Shown: piece by piece, positions 1 through 9,261 of the stretch
Numbering within the stretch: position 1 is the first letter of the stretch
How the letters are laid out: every line of letters starts with the position of its first letter
Assembly: GCA_001791325.1 (NCBI GenBank)
Contig: MGEK01000023.1
Coordinates: forward strand, 4,405 to 68,404
Source of the DNA: Candidatus Uhrbacteria bacterium RIFCSPLOWO2_01_FULL_47_25
Lineage (GTDB): Bacteria > Patescibacteriota > Patescibacteriia > GWA2-46-9
Reading direction: 5' to 3'
DNA: 64,000 bases
Notes under the pieces: generated by a model
What the model was told of the DNA's origin: nothing
What the model saw: only the letters and a program-made list of their open reading frames with translations
The model's database searches: none
Made by a program: the position numbers and the translations under genes

Positions 1-168
1 GTGCTTGGCAGTATTGAGCAAAGCGGCTTAATTAAAAACTGGACGGTTATTATTTTCAGAATAATGTACGCTGCCGCTTTTCTCTTTGTTTATCTTCTCA
101 TAACACAGCGTGAGATAGCGAATGAAAACTATCTGATTGAAGAAGGTAATACAATAAACGGGGAGTGA
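1..168 (+). CDS. 3' end of a probable membrane protein (partial)
   Basis: Frame +1 is open from base 1 (VLGSIEQSGLIKNWTVIIFRIMYAAAFLFVYLLITQRE...NGE*) with a hydrophobic segment. The TGA at 166-168 lies inside the end of a repeat element. Confidence 0.5.
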   Translation: MLGSIEQSGLIKNWTVIIFRIMYAAAFLFVYLLITQREIANENYLIEEGNTINGE

Positions 169-223
169 AGCTCCTCGGCTTTACCCCGCTGCGGCGGGGC
201 GGAGTGGCATTCTCTAACGGGGT
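165..223. mobile_element. Composite palindromic element: IS200/IS605-like end (family B) plus family A terminus
   Basis: GTGAAGCTCCTCGGCTTTACCCCGCTGCGGCGGGG...TGGCATTCTCTAACGGGGT, closely similar to 42421-42484 and 60002-60045. Confidence 0.65.
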
Positions 224-242
224 AAAATTCTATTCTATATGC

Positions 243-929
243 TTACAAAGAATGCCCACCGACCACCCTGTTAATATCAATCCAATCTTGTAAATCATTT
301 TGAGTGCTAACATACCCTTTGATATTTATTGCCGCACCCTTGTGGATACCAAGGTGTAGATGCTTTCGTTCATGATCTGTCTCATTGCTATACGCATTAC
401 CCAAAGCAGCGATTTTCTCTCCGGCGATAACTTCTTGACCCACTGAAACTGCAACACTGGCTAGGCGTACATGGCCATAAATAACTGTCACGTCCTGATT
501 GTCAATAACACATCCCTGCACAACAACCCCGCCGTAACCTGAAGCCCACTTTTTCATCAACAACGCCCCATCACAAATCGCATAGACCGGCACATCCTTG
601 TTTTGTTCATCAAAAAATGTTTCAAAATCAACACCTGTATGATAACCACTAAAACGCTCCGGTTGTACCGGTGAATTCTCTGGTGAAATTTTAATGCCAA
701 ACAGCTTTTTTGTAATACGCTTCAAGGCATCTGGCAACGGCCACCCTGACAATGCAGGAACACGTTCAGTTGGAGCTAACTCTGTGTTTTGAGTTATCGG
801 TGGTGAAGTCGTGGACAAAAGGCTCACATCTTGATCCCTGATGATCTCTTTTGGCTGATGATATGAATAGTATATAACCGCCGCCACTACAACGAAGAAC
901 AGTCCGAAAAAGATAAAAGATTTATACAT
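243..929 (-). CDS. M23 family metallopeptidase, membrane-anchored
   Basis: HTGVD and HLHLG zinc motifs, YGH motif, N-terminal TM helix. Confidence 0.9.
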   Translation of the reverse strand: MYKSFIFFGLFFVVVAAVIYYSYHQPKEIIRDQDVSLLSTTSPPITQNTELAPTERVPALSGWPLPDALKRITKKLFGIKISPENSPVQPERFSGYHTGVDFETFFDEQNKDVPVYAICDGALLMKKWASGYGGVVVQGCVIDNQDVTVIYGHVRLASVAVSVGQEVIAGEKIAALGNAYSNETDHERKHLHLGIHKGAAINIKGYVSTQNDLQDWIDINRVVGGHSL

Positions 930-979
930 ACCTTTTTGTACGCATTTATGGTACCACAGTATAATTACTGCCGGAAATG

Positions 980-1435
980 TTACTGACCTTGAACCGGCAA
1001 TAATGATCTTATTTGAATAGACTCGGCGGTAATGCTGCCGTCGCTATTGGCAGTACCGTTCACCATCACTTGTTTGCCAACTTCTAAATCACCGGCACTG
1101 CCCTCGACAGTTTTGCCAATGTTGGTACTGCCCGAAAGAAAAATAATTTTGGAGCCGCCATCACGAAGCTTTATCGTGACGCTCTGGTCGTCCTTGCCGA
1201 TTATTTCTCCGTTGATAAATTCTCCGCCCGCCACATCCCTCCGACCGTTTGGACTACCATTGCGAAATTGCTGTATCATTTGCTGACGTTGTTCGGCAGA
1301 CATATTTTGTAAATTCTGAGAAGCTCCTACTCCGCGGCCTTGCGGTCTTTTACTTTCGGCGTACCTCATTCCGCCATAAAAAGCGCCACCCCCTATGATA
1401 ATAAGAACGGCTCCCGTGATGAGTATTTTGTTCAT
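980..1435 (-). CDS. DUF5666-like membrane-anchored OB-fold protein
   Basis: N-terminal TM (GGAFYGGM), G/Q-rich linker, DLEVGKQVMVNG...GSITAESI motif. Likely start is MNKIL at 1435. Confidence 0.7.
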   Translation of the reverse strand: MNKILITGAVLIIIGGGAFYGGMRYAESKRPQGRGVGASQNLQNMSAEQRQQMIQQFRNGSPNGRRDVAGGEFINGEIIGKDDQSVTIKLRDGGSKIIFLSGSTNIGKTVEGSAGDLEVGKQVMVNGTANSDGSITAESIQIRSLLPVQGQ

Positions 1436-1463
1436 ATATAAACTCAATAATAATTAAAATATT

Positions 1464-2687
1464 TTATTCATACCGCAATGCGTCAATAGGGTTTAACTTT
1501 GAAGCTCGCCGTGCGGGGTAATAACCGAAAACAATGCCGATCGCGGCGGACACGCCAAAAGCGAGCGCCACCGAACTCAAAGAAATAGTTGTGGCGATAC
1601 CTGCAAATTGTGTCACGGCCGAGGCTAAAATCCAGCCCAAAAGAATACCAAGACCTCCACCAATAAGAGTGAGCGTAACCGCCTCCGACAAAAACTGCCG
1701 ATTAATATCGCCGCGATGCGCGCCAATGGCTTTCCTTAACCCAATCTCGCGCGTTCGTTCGGTGACCGTGGTCAGCATCATATTCATAATTCCTATACCG
1801 CCAACCAACAAAGAAATGCCGGCGATAGAGGCCAGAAGAATAGTGAAGATGCCGGTCACGCTAGAAGCGGCGGCAACAATATCTGATTGATTAATCACCT
1901 GAAAATCAGCAAGTTGCTGATTAGCAATATTATGACGAGCCATAAGTAACGCCGTAATCTGCTGCTGAATTGCGCTCATGGTACTGGCGTCCTCGGCCTC
2001 AACACTAATCGTTGTAACATAATTGTCGCCCGCTAAAAACCTCTGGGCCGTACTTAATGGCACATACACAGCATCGTCAGGATTACTAAATCCACTGCCA
2101 CCCTTGGATTTAGTAACGCCAATCACTTTGAAATCTACTTTATTAATGCGAATTGTTTGGCCAATAGGATCAACGCCAGCGCCAAATAAATCACTCACCG
2201 TGGTTGGCCCAAGCACTGCTACCTTGGACAGACTCCTCACACTCTGATCAGTAATGAACGAACCGCTCGCAGATTTCACATTACGCACTTCGGCATACGA
2301 CGCGACTGTGCCAATTACAGACGTGTTAGTATTTTTTCCGCGTACAGTGATTTGATAACGACGAGATATTTCTGGCGCCACTGCTTTAGCTAGTGTGACT
2401 TCCTTAATAATAGCGTCCGCGTCTTCTTGCGTCAGCGTCTGGGCGCTTCCCCGTCCGCCTGACACCTGGCTACCGGGGCCGCGCTGGAACCCCGGCGTCA
2501 CGAGCACAAGATTTGAGCCAATTGATTGGATGCTTGATTCAATAGAACCCTGTGCTCCTTGGCCGATTGACACCATGGCAATAACCGAGCCAATGCCAAT
2601 CACAATGCCAAGTATAGTAAGGCTTGATCGCACCTTATTGACGACGATTGCCGCGTATGTTTCTTCAAATAGGTCACTAATCTTCAT
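1464..2687 (-). CDS. MacB/FtsX-family ABC transporter permease
   Basis: RSSLTILGIVIGI, GGIGIMNMML, ERTREIGLRKAIGA and PARRASKLNPIDALRYE motifs. Start trimmed to MKISDL. Confidence 0.95.
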   Translation of the reverse strand: MKISDLFEETYAAIVVNKVRSSLTILGIVIGIGSVIAMVSIGQGAQGSIESSIQSIGSNLVLVTPGFQRGPGSQVSGGRGSAQTLTQEDADAIIKEVTLAKAVAPEISRRYQITVRGKNTNTSVIGTVASYAEVRNVKSASGSFITDQSVRSLSKVAVLGPTTVSDLFGAGVDPIGQTIRINKVDFKVIGVTKSKGGSGFSNPDDAVYVPLSTAQRFLAGDNYVTTISVEAEDASTMSAIQQQITALLMARHNIANQQLADFQVINQSDIVAAASSVTGIFTILLASIAGISLLVGGIGIMNMMLTTVTERTREIGLRKAIGAHRGDINRQFLSEAVTLTLIGGGLGILLGWILASAVTQFAGIATTISLSSVALAFGVSAAIGIVFGYYPARRASKLNPIDALRYE

Positions 2688-2694
2688 AATAATT

Positions 2695-3375
2695 TTACCT
2701 TGTTTTTTCGTCGTTAATAATCTGGCCGTCGCGAATGTGAATAATTCTTTTGGCGTGCGCGGCCACATCACGTTCGTGAGTAATGAGCACTATGGTTCGT
2801 CCTTGTTTGTTTAAAGATTCAAAAGTGGCAAGAACCGCCTCGCCAGTCTTTGTGTCCAAATTGCCAGTCGGCTCATCCGCCAAAATAATTGCCGGATTAT
2901 TGACGAGTGCTCGGGCAATGGCCACTCTCTGTATCTGACCGCCCGAGAGCTGGTTTGATAAATGATTGTAATGCGATTCTTCCAAGTTCACGGCCGCCAA
3001 AGACTTCTTAGCGACCTCCTCTCGTCCCGACCGACTAATGCCGGCGTAAACAAGCGGCAAAGCTACGTTTCGGAGCACTGTTGCGCGCGGCAGGAGGTTG
3101 AAGGCCTGAAACACGAAACCGATTTTTTCCCTACGAATGTCAGCAAGTGCATCATCAGAGAGCTCCGCCACATTATGGCCATTAAGCAGATACTGACCAC
3201 TCGTCGGCGAATCCAGACACCCCAAAATATGCATCAATGTTGATTTACCAGAGCCCGATGGACCCATGATGGCTACAAATTCGCCGTTGGCAATGTTGAA
3301 CGACACACTCCGCAAGACGGTCGTCTCCTGGCCGCCATTAAGGTAGATCTTTGTGATACTCCGACACTCAATCAT
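2695..3375 (-). CDS. MacB/LolD-type ABC transporter ATP-binding protein
   Basis: Walker A GPSGSGKST, signature LSGGQ, ILADEPTGNLD, H-loop ITHE. Confidence 0.95.
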   Translation of the reverse strand: MIECRSITKIYLNGGQETTVLRSVSFNIANGEFVAIMGPSGSGKSTLMHILGCLDSPTSGQYLLNGHNVAELSDDALADIRREKIGFVFQAFNLLPRATVLRNVALPLVYAGISRSGREEVAKKSLAAVNLEESHYNHLSNQLSGGQIQRVAIARALVNNPAIILADEPTGNLDTKTGEAVLATFESLNKQGRTIVLITHERDVAAHAKRIIHIRDGQIINDEKTR

Positions 3376-4139
3376 ACGTCTAGGAATTTCAACACGGCGT
3401 CCGCTATACCCCGCGCGGCTATCCGGGGCTGGGCAACGATGACTCGCTGATCCACGGGGCTCGTCAAAAACCCTGTTTCCAGAATAGCCGCCACAGTCAT
3501 CGGATGAACCGCATGCTCATAACGGCGCCAGTTGAAGGCGTAATAACCTCTCATATTACGAGTAACGTTAAAATCGAGCCTAAGACCAGTAGAGCGAGCA
3601 TACTCCGCTTCAAGAGTATCGACGAGGCTTCCCGCTCGGCCTGTTAGATCACGATGCGGTGCGGCAACCTTAAATCCTGAAACCTCCGAATTTACATTGC
3701 CATCGGCGTGGATGGCGATAAAGACATCCGCCCAGTACGCTGGCGGAATAGTGGACGGCAAAATATCAACTATTACTCCCTTCGCCTCCAGAAACTCTTT
3801 CGTCTCCTCGGCGATAGCCAAGTTAATTTCCCACTCGGCCTTGCCGCCACCACTTGCTCCGCCACCACGCTCCCGAAGTCGTTTGAGCTCATCGGGGAGT
3901 TCTTCGCGTTTCCAGTGTCCAACCTGCAACCCCACACGTGGCGGTCCGACAGGTCTTCGCCATGTTTCTAAATCTCCAAATCGTGACGGAACAGCCACAT
4001 TGATGTCGTCGAATAATTCAAACTCAACTTCCGTCGTTGAAACAGATTCACTTATTGACCCGCTACGGTGCGCGGCAGTATAACTAACCACCGCGACGCC
4101 AACGATAAGTACCACCACGATTCCAAAAAACGCCCGCAT
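3372..4139 (-). CDS. N-acetylmuramoyl-L-alanine amidase (Amidase_3)
   Basis: LQVGH, E (AEWEINL), IAIHAD and ILETGFLTS motifs; N-terminal TM. Confidence 0.85.
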   Translation of the reverse strand: MRAFFGIVVVLIVGVAVVSYTAAHRSGSISESVSTTEVEFELFDDINVAVPSRFGDLETWRRPVGPPRVGLQVGHWKREELPDELKRLRERGGGASGGGKAEWEINLAIAEETKEFLEAKGVIVDILPSTIPPAYWADVFIAIHADGNVNSEVSGFKVAAPHRDLTGRAGSLVDTLEAEYARSTGLRLDFNVTRNMRGYYAFNWRRYEHAVHPMTVAAILETGFLTSPVDQRVIVAQPRIAARGIADAVLKFLDV

Positions 4140-6044
4140 CTACCTACCCCCTCCAACTCGGAAACCGCCAACCGGGAAAAGACTACCGCCTGAACGCTGT
4201 TGCGTTGTAGTATTACTGCTCTCTGAAGTAATGGTTTGCGTTACCACCTCTTCGCCTTCACGGATGTCACCAGAAACTTCTGTCACTGAATCGTTAGAAA
4301 GACCAACTTCGACCGAGCGGCGTTCCGGTGTACCATCTTTGAGCATTTCAACGTAGGATCCTTGCCCGTTTTGAGACTTCACAGCGCTACCCGTCACCAT
4401 CAACACATCTTGCCTGACGTCAGTAATGATTGCCGCGGACACGCTCATGCCCGGTTTAATGCGTTCATCTTGTGTATCAAAACCAATTTTTACGTTATAC
4501 GAAACCACTCCCTGACTAACTGTTCCTATTGTTTCTATTTCTACAACGTCGCCCGTGATAGTCAATCCTTGGACAGCGTCAAATGTTAAGGTCGCTTTTT
4601 GCCCAACCTGCACTTTAGCAACATCCACCTCGTTTAATGACACTTCAGCAATCTTTTGCTTCGCTATCAAAGTAGCAACCGCGGTTGAGGAAGACGCGGG
4701 GTCGCCGAGCTTTACGTTAAGCTTGGCGACAACCCCGGCGAGCGGCGCGCGAACGGTATAATCGGCGAGCTTCTGCCGCGCGTCAGCCAACGCATTCTCT
4801 CTTTGACGGATTGCCAATTCTTGAGTTTGTATGTCAAGAGAATCAGCACCGGCTTTAAGTTTTAAAAGCGAGACCTCTTTCTCTTTAACCGCCTGTTCAG
4901 CCGCGGACAAATCCAGAGGATTATTTTGATCCATCGCTTTGAGATCTCTATCCGCGCTAACAACAGCGTCTTTGTTATCTTGCAATGTCCTCTGAACAGC
5001 AAGAAGATTTGATAAATGTCCATTCACCTGGCCATTGTAGGTAGTGAGATTGGCGCGATACTCTGCCACTTTGCTGGCGACCTGCTGATAATCAGTGGCG
5101 TTACGCAACGTCCGCAGATCGGTCCAAGTATCAAAAAGGGTGGTTTGGCTTTTGGCGGCTTCCGTAACGCGCTTTGTAGTTTCAATCGTCTCCGTCAGCA
5201 ATACTTCAGTGACCGAACGCTCCGAAAATCGACTGGCAGTTTGGTAGCTCAATAAATTAACATTGTAAGCACTGCGCGCCGCCGAATAATCGTTCTCCGC
5301 GTAATTGATAAATGGCTGAATTTTAGTTCTATCATCGGTAGTATTGCTCAAAGTGTTGATAAGAGTGCTTGTGTTGATGTAACCGGAGCCGATTGATTTA
5401 TCCGCCTTACCGATTTCTTGACCATGAAGGATATCATCCAGTTTTGTCATGATTGTCGGCAAATCAAGAAAGGAGTTGGAAATTTCATTGAAAGCGTCTT
5501 CATAGGCCTTAGTGATGTTATCAAGCGCTTTCTGTTTGGACTCCTGCGCTTTCTCATAATCTGTCGTTTGCGAGAGTTTTAACTTCTCCAAATTATCCTT
5601 GGCGCTCACCAGAGCGTTTTCGGACTGAAGAATTGAAAGCGTATCAGCGGACTGTTTAAGTTTATCCAAAGAAAGTTTCGCGCTTTCCAAGTTGACACTG
5701 GCGTCACGCACGGTTTTTAAAGCATCACTGTCGTCAAGCTCAATTAATACGGAATCGGCGGCAACTTCTTTGCCTGTCTGCACGGCTACCCTGACTACCG
5801 TACCAGAGGCTTTCGGCTTCACATCAATCTGGTTTGAACTTGCCACCTGCCCCGTGCCGCTCACTGAAACGATGAGCGTTCCTCTCTCAACTGGCGCGGT
5901 AATATACTGCGGCAAAACTTCTTTGGCAGTAAATTTTTGATAACCATAATAGCCGACGCCGGAAATAATCAAGAGAGCCACAAAAGTTTGTGCCTTATGA
6001 GCCCTAAGGTATGAAAAAAATTTTGTAGAAATTCTATTGTCCAT
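4140..6044 (-). CDS. MacA/HlyD-family membrane fusion protein with long coiled coil
   Basis: VSVSGTGQV, VRAPLAGVV, EVDVAKVQVGQKA, IKPGMSV and VEVGLSND motifs. Likely start is MDNR at 6044. Confidence 0.9.
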   Translation of the reverse strand: MDNRISTKFFSYLRAHKAQTFVALLIISGVGYYGYQKFTAKEVLPQYITAPVERGTLIVSVSGTGQVASSNQIDVKPKASGTVVRVAVQTGKEVAADSVLIELDDSDALKTVRDASVNLESAKLSLDKLKQSADTLSILQSENALVSAKDNLEKLKLSQTTDYEKAQESKQKALDNITKAYEDAFNEISNSFLDLPTIMTKLDDILHGQEIGKADKSIGSGYINTSTLINTLSNTTDDRTKIQPFINYAENDYSAARSAYNVNLLSYQTASRFSERSVTEVLLTETIETTKRVTEAAKSQTTLFDTWTDLRTLRNATDYQQVASKVAEYRANLTTYNGQVNGHLSNLLAVQRTLQDNKDAVVSADRDLKAMDQNNPLDLSAAEQAVKEKEVSLLKLKAGADSLDIQTQELAIRQRENALADARQKLADYTVRAPLAGVVAKLNVKLGDPASSSTAVATLIAKQKIAEVSLNEVDVAKVQVGQKATLTFDAVQGLTITGDVVEIETIGTVSQGVVSYNVKIGFDTQDERIKPGMSVSAAIITDVRQDVLMVTGSAVKSQNGQGSYVEMLKDGTPERRSVEVGLSNDSVTEVSGDIREGEEVVTQTITSESSNTTTQQRSGGSLFPVGGFRVGGGR

Positions 6045-6810
6045 TGTATTGATGAAAAAATGGAGGTGGCGCTGGGCGACGATTACCACGGACTCGCCAA
6101 GGGTTTTCTTCGGAATCAATTCTCTTAATACCTAGCGCTTGCACGGTATCGTCATCACGTTCTCCAAAGACGACCACTCGGTCGCCCGGCTGAAGATCTA
6201 ACCCGAACGGAAAACGGGTTTCTGGCGTTACCACAATCCTCAATACTTCGTCGCGACGAGTCTTAATCGCGAGCCCTTGCTCGGTCACTTCTGTCACTTC
6301 ACCAATATGAACGTTTCTAAAACGAGGCGCGCCATATTCACGGTAAAACGAACCAGCAAACGGCAGTCTATCGCGTTCAGCCCGCTCTAAGAGCCGTGAG
6401 TGGAAGGTGGTTTTTATAACCAAAAATCCGCCAAGCAAAGCAAGCGCAATTACCATCAGTGCTGAAATGAGAAGAGGGCGCCGGTAGGCGAAGGCATAGT
6501 GTCGCACCAAAAGCTCAAGGATAATTATAAAAACTATGGCGAGAAGAATGAGAAGCTTTGGCAAAGACCAGAGGAAAACGGCAAATCCGTGCCAGCCAAA
6601 GGCCGGCATAAACCACACCCCGCTTGCTCTCAAAGCAAACATGGCTAAGCTCACAACAAAGAGCAGAGTTAACCCAGCCAGGGCAATGCCGGCGACCACA
6701 AGCGTGGCTTTGAGCATAAAATGCCAACGCGGACGCATAGTCACTTCACCGCCCCGAATGCGTTCTAGCACGGCTTCGTGAATGGATTTTTTGTGTGGTT
6801 TATCATTCAT
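6034..6810 (-). CDS. Membrane protein with C-terminal DUF5666-like domain, putative anti-sigma factor
   Basis: Overlaps the 3' end of the ECF sigma gene. Three TM helices plus LQPGDRVVVFG. Confidence 0.65.
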   Translation of the reverse strand: MNDKPHKKSIHEAVLERIRGGEVTMRPRWHFMLKATLVVAGIALAGLTLLFVVSLAMFALRASGVWFMPAFGWHGFAVFLWSLPKLLILLAIVFIIILELLVRHYAFAYRRPLLISALMVIALALLGGFLVIKTTFHSRLLERAERDRLPFAGSFYREYGAPRFRNVHIGEVTEVTEQGLAIKTRRDEVLRIVVTPETRFPFGLDLQPGDRVVVFGERDDDTVQALGIKRIDSEENPWRVRGNRRPAPPPFFHQYNGQ

Positions 6811-7372
6811 AAAACGGGTGTAATTTTTTATAAACTTTGCGAAGCATCTCTTTGCCTCGCTTTAATCTAACGCCAACGGTGGAGACTGGTAATTCCATAA
6901 TGTCGCTAATTTGCTGATAATTTAACTCCTCAAAAAAATATAAAACCAATGGTTCGCGATACTTTGGATCCAAGTCATGAAGACACTCCTCAAGCACTGC
7001 TCGTAGTTCCTTTTCATTAAAATCTCTATCAGCACGGTCGGAAGAAACGGGGTGAGGGAATATGGTATCAGGATCAAAGAAAAGCAGAGGCGCGTGGCGA
7101 CGTTTTTTGATGGCGTTCAAAAACTCGTTGTGCGCAATGCGGTATAGCCACGGCGAAAATCTGCGCCGCGTGTTGAATCCTTGAATGTTAATGTAGGCCT
7201 TTATAAAAACCTCCTGCACGAGATCTTCCGCGTCCTCAAAACCAAAAAGAAATCTTCGGGCATAACGCAACATCTTTTCCTCATATCGTTCCATTAGGAG
7301 GGAGAATGACTCGGTATCGCCGCCCTGCACACGCGCCGCTATTTCTTCATCGGTATCAGTCAAATTCGGCAT
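6803..7372 (-). CDS. ECF RNA polymerase sigma factor (SigW/RpoE-like)
   Basis: DAEDLVQEVFIKAY, FSPWLYRIAHN, region-4 HTH YQQISDIMELPVSTVGVRLKRG. Confidence 0.95.
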   Translation of the reverse strand: MPNLTDTDEEIAARVQGGDTESFSLLMERYEEKMLRYARRFLFGFEDAEDLVQEVFIKAYINIQGFNTRRRFSPWLYRIAHNEFLNAIKKRRHAPLLFFDPDTIFPHPVSSDRADRDFNEKELRAVLEECLHDLDPKYREPLVLYFFEELNYQQISDIMELPVSTVGVRLKRGKEMLRKVYKKLHPFYE

Positions 7373-7510
7373 ACCCCGTTAGAAGTCCTAAGAAGATAAA
7401 ATTCCTTTAAGAATTTTATCTTCTATGGCAGCAACGATGCTTAATAGATTCATAGACCGTATCATTGCCTAAGATACATTAATTATACTATGTCAGACTT
7501 CTAATGGGGT
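7373..7510. mobile_element. Family A MITE-like element, copy 1
   Basis: TIRs ACCCCGTTAGAAGTC / GACTTCTAATGGGGT and internal hairpin GAAGATAAAATTC-N6-GAATTTTATCTTC. Abuts the sigma ATG. Confidence 0.85.
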
Positions 7511-7552
7511 AATTATACTACACTTTAACCATGTTTTTATTTCATCAAATGA

Positions 7553-7588
7553 AAGAGGCCGGCCGTTATCCAAACAACGGTCGGCCCC
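7553..7588 (-). terminator. Probable intrinsic terminator of the his remnant operon
   Basis: Hairpin GGCCGACCGTT...AACGGCCGGCC followed by TCTTTC on the minus strand. Confidence 0.55.
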
Positions 7589-7597
7589 TGCTGTGTT

Positions 7598-7768
7598 TCA
7601 CAGCACCACTGCCAGCCCCTCGCTGATGGTAAGAGATAGCGCCCCTTGCACTTCATCAAACGCAGGTGATCGATCGAAAACAAACTCAAGCCGCACCACT
7701 CCTCCAACTCGGAACGACCTAAGAGAAGTAATGTTGATCCCCTTGGCAAGGAAAACACCGACTTTTAA
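7598..7768 (-). pseudogene. ACT-domain-like fragment with no start codon
   Basis: The frame continuing from hisG reads LKVGVFLAKGINITSLRSFRVGGVVRLEFVFD...AVVL*, resembling ACT 'vf.k.giNi..l.S'. Confidence 0.5.
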
Positions 7769-7858
7769 TTAATCCTTCAACCGTCTGCCGCTTTTATTCC
7801 ATTTCCGATAGAAACACGGGTGATAGCTATAATGACAACACCCCTTTCTTCTTTTGGG
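7769..7858 (-). pseudogene. hisI-like (phosphoribosyl-AMP cyclohydrolase) C-terminal remnant
   Basis: After the hisG TAG-TAG the same frame reads PKRRKGCCHYSYHPCFYRKW, matching the HisI motif GxACHTGxxSCFYR. Confidence 0.55.
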
Positions 7859-7861
7859 CTA

Positions 7862-8758
7862 CTACCTCCTGATCATCCTTGAAATTGGTATTTCAATGAC
7901 GTCTCTGGCGCCGCGCCGTAACACTTCAAGAAAAGTATCGTTTACTTCTCTCTTGGACACCACGGCACTGACAGACACGAATGCTCCTCCCGCCAGGCCT
8001 GCCACTGTTGGACTCTCTAGGGCCCGCAGACAGCCGGTGATTTCCTCAAGCTGCTGACGAGGAACATTCATCACTAGCATGACGTAACCGCGGGCCTCAA
8101 TCACTCCGAGAAGCAAACGCTTTAGATCCTGAGCCAATTTCGCCAACTTGGAATTTTTGACAATGTCGGTCTTGGCGATCATCACGGTTTGCGACTCCAT
8201 GATCACCCCAATGATCTTAAGGTTATTGGCCTGAAGCGAGGCACCTGTTTCAGTCAAGCACACTCCATACGGGGCAAGTTCCGGCACCATCGCCTCTGTT
8301 GAGCCAGCCGTAAAGCGCACCCGAACACGCTTGCCGCTTGTATCAAACAACTGCCGGGTGAGGTTAGGGTACTCGCTCAATACGAGAACATCATCTAGCA
8401 CATCCCCTACTCCACGACAAGGATTGTCAGCATACGTTACCAAAACAACGCGCGTCGGACCATCGGTAGATCTGCTGTATGACAACATTGTCAACTCCTC
8501 AACACGACCCCCACTCTCCCTGACGCAATCCTGTCCGCAAATGCCGAGGTCAAAACTACCTTGCTCTACCGCCCAGGGAATTTCCTGCGGGCGCATTAAA
8601 ACCACTTCTTCAATCATGGAACCACTAACGGTTCCGGTGCAACGGCGCGGCGATACGGTGATCGCCAAATCTGCCTGCGCGAACAACTCTAACGTCTTCT
8701 TTTCCAGGCTGCCGTTGGGTAGCGCGAGACGCAGCGCGTTTTCGTTCTTCTTGGTCAT
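7862..8758 (-). CDS. hisG: ATP phosphoribosyltransferase (long form)
   Basis: LALPNGSL, MRPQEIPW, DLGICGQD, GSTEA, ETGASLQANNL and C-terminal SPTV regulatory domain. Strong SD AAGGAGG. Confidence 0.95.
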   Translation of the reverse strand: MTKKNENALRLALPNGSLEKKTLELFAQADLAITVSPRRCTGTVSGSMIEEVVLMRPQEIPWAVEQGSFDLGICGQDCVRESGGRVEELTMLSYSRSTDGPTRVVLVTYADNPCRGVGDVLDDVLVLSEYPNLTRQLFDTSGKRVRVRFTAGSTEAMVPELAPYGVCLTETGASLQANNLKIIGVIMESQTVMIAKTDIVKNSKLAKLAQDLKRLLLGVIEARGYVMLVMNVPRQQLEEITGCLRALESPTVAGLAGGAFVSVSAVVSKREVNDTFLEVLRRGARDVIEIPISRMIRR

Positions 8759-8886
8759 TTTTCCTCCTTTATGTTTTCTCTGTTGCTGCGGTTATACCAA
8801 TTAAACTAACCACCATTTTTATACCTGCCACTGTGCTTTTATGTTTGGCCGCCTCCTTTTTGTCAAAGAGCAAATTCTTCTCCAAG

Positions 8887-8914
8887 AAACAAAAAACCCT
8901 TCCGGAGAAGGGAT
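8887..8914 (-). terminator. Attenuator terminator upstream of hisG
   Basis: CCCTTCTCCGGAAGGG followed by TTTTTTGTTT. Confidence 0.8.
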
Positions 8915-8961
8915 CGATCGTGGTGTTGTTGATTTATGTAAAAAAGTAGATTCAAATAAAA

Positions 8962-9033
8962 TTAACCACAGCCAATCTCTTCTCCGAAGAGGTTGCTGTG
9001 ATGATAAGTCTGATTTTGGACCAATGTAACCAT
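8962..9033 (-). CDS. Putative His attenuator leader peptide MVTLVQNQTYHHSNLFGEEIGCG
   Basis: 23-aa ORF with tandem His codons (9003-8998) overlapping alternative hairpins upstream of hisG. Confidence 0.7.
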   Translation of the reverse strand: MVTLVQNQTYHHSNLFGEEIGCG

Positions 9034-9042
9034 AATGCAATC

Positions 9043-9071
9043 ATTGTAATTTAATGATTATTTTCTGTCAA
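9043..9071 (-). promoter_or_regulatory. sigma70 promoter of the his leader
   Basis: TTGACA (9071-9066), 17 bp spacer, TACAAT (9048-9043). Confidence 0.8.
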
Positions 9072-9261
9072 GCGGCGGCATATAACAGCCCTGCCACCTT
9101 CTGTCGCAATTGCGACAAAAGGTGGTGATAAAACCAGCCCCGCTTGGCGAGGCTGATAATCCTGCAACGCAGTGATGGAATGTTTGAACTCTAGCAAGCG
9201 TTAATTTGTCTTTTAACGTTCCAGCTCCTCGTTGGCGACGATCTGTACTTTAGCGTTAATG

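Noticed and set aside
7537-7758. 73-aa ORF downstream of hisG
   Set aside because: The alternative frame with ACT-like sequence is more protein-like, and this ORF crosses the terminator.
7859-7864. Stop-codon readthrough giving a HisG-HisI fusion
   Set aside because: There is a double TAG and only the last motif of HisI remains, so a deletion relic is more plausible.
8838-8866. Second hisG promoter downstream of the attenuator (TTGACA-17-CATAAA)
   Set aside because: The -10 lacks the conserved first and last T, so it is too weak to call.
8819-9040. 73-aa ORF upstream of hisG
   Set aside because: It runs through the terminator and starts upstream of the predicted TSS. The 23-aa His-His ORF in another frame fits better.
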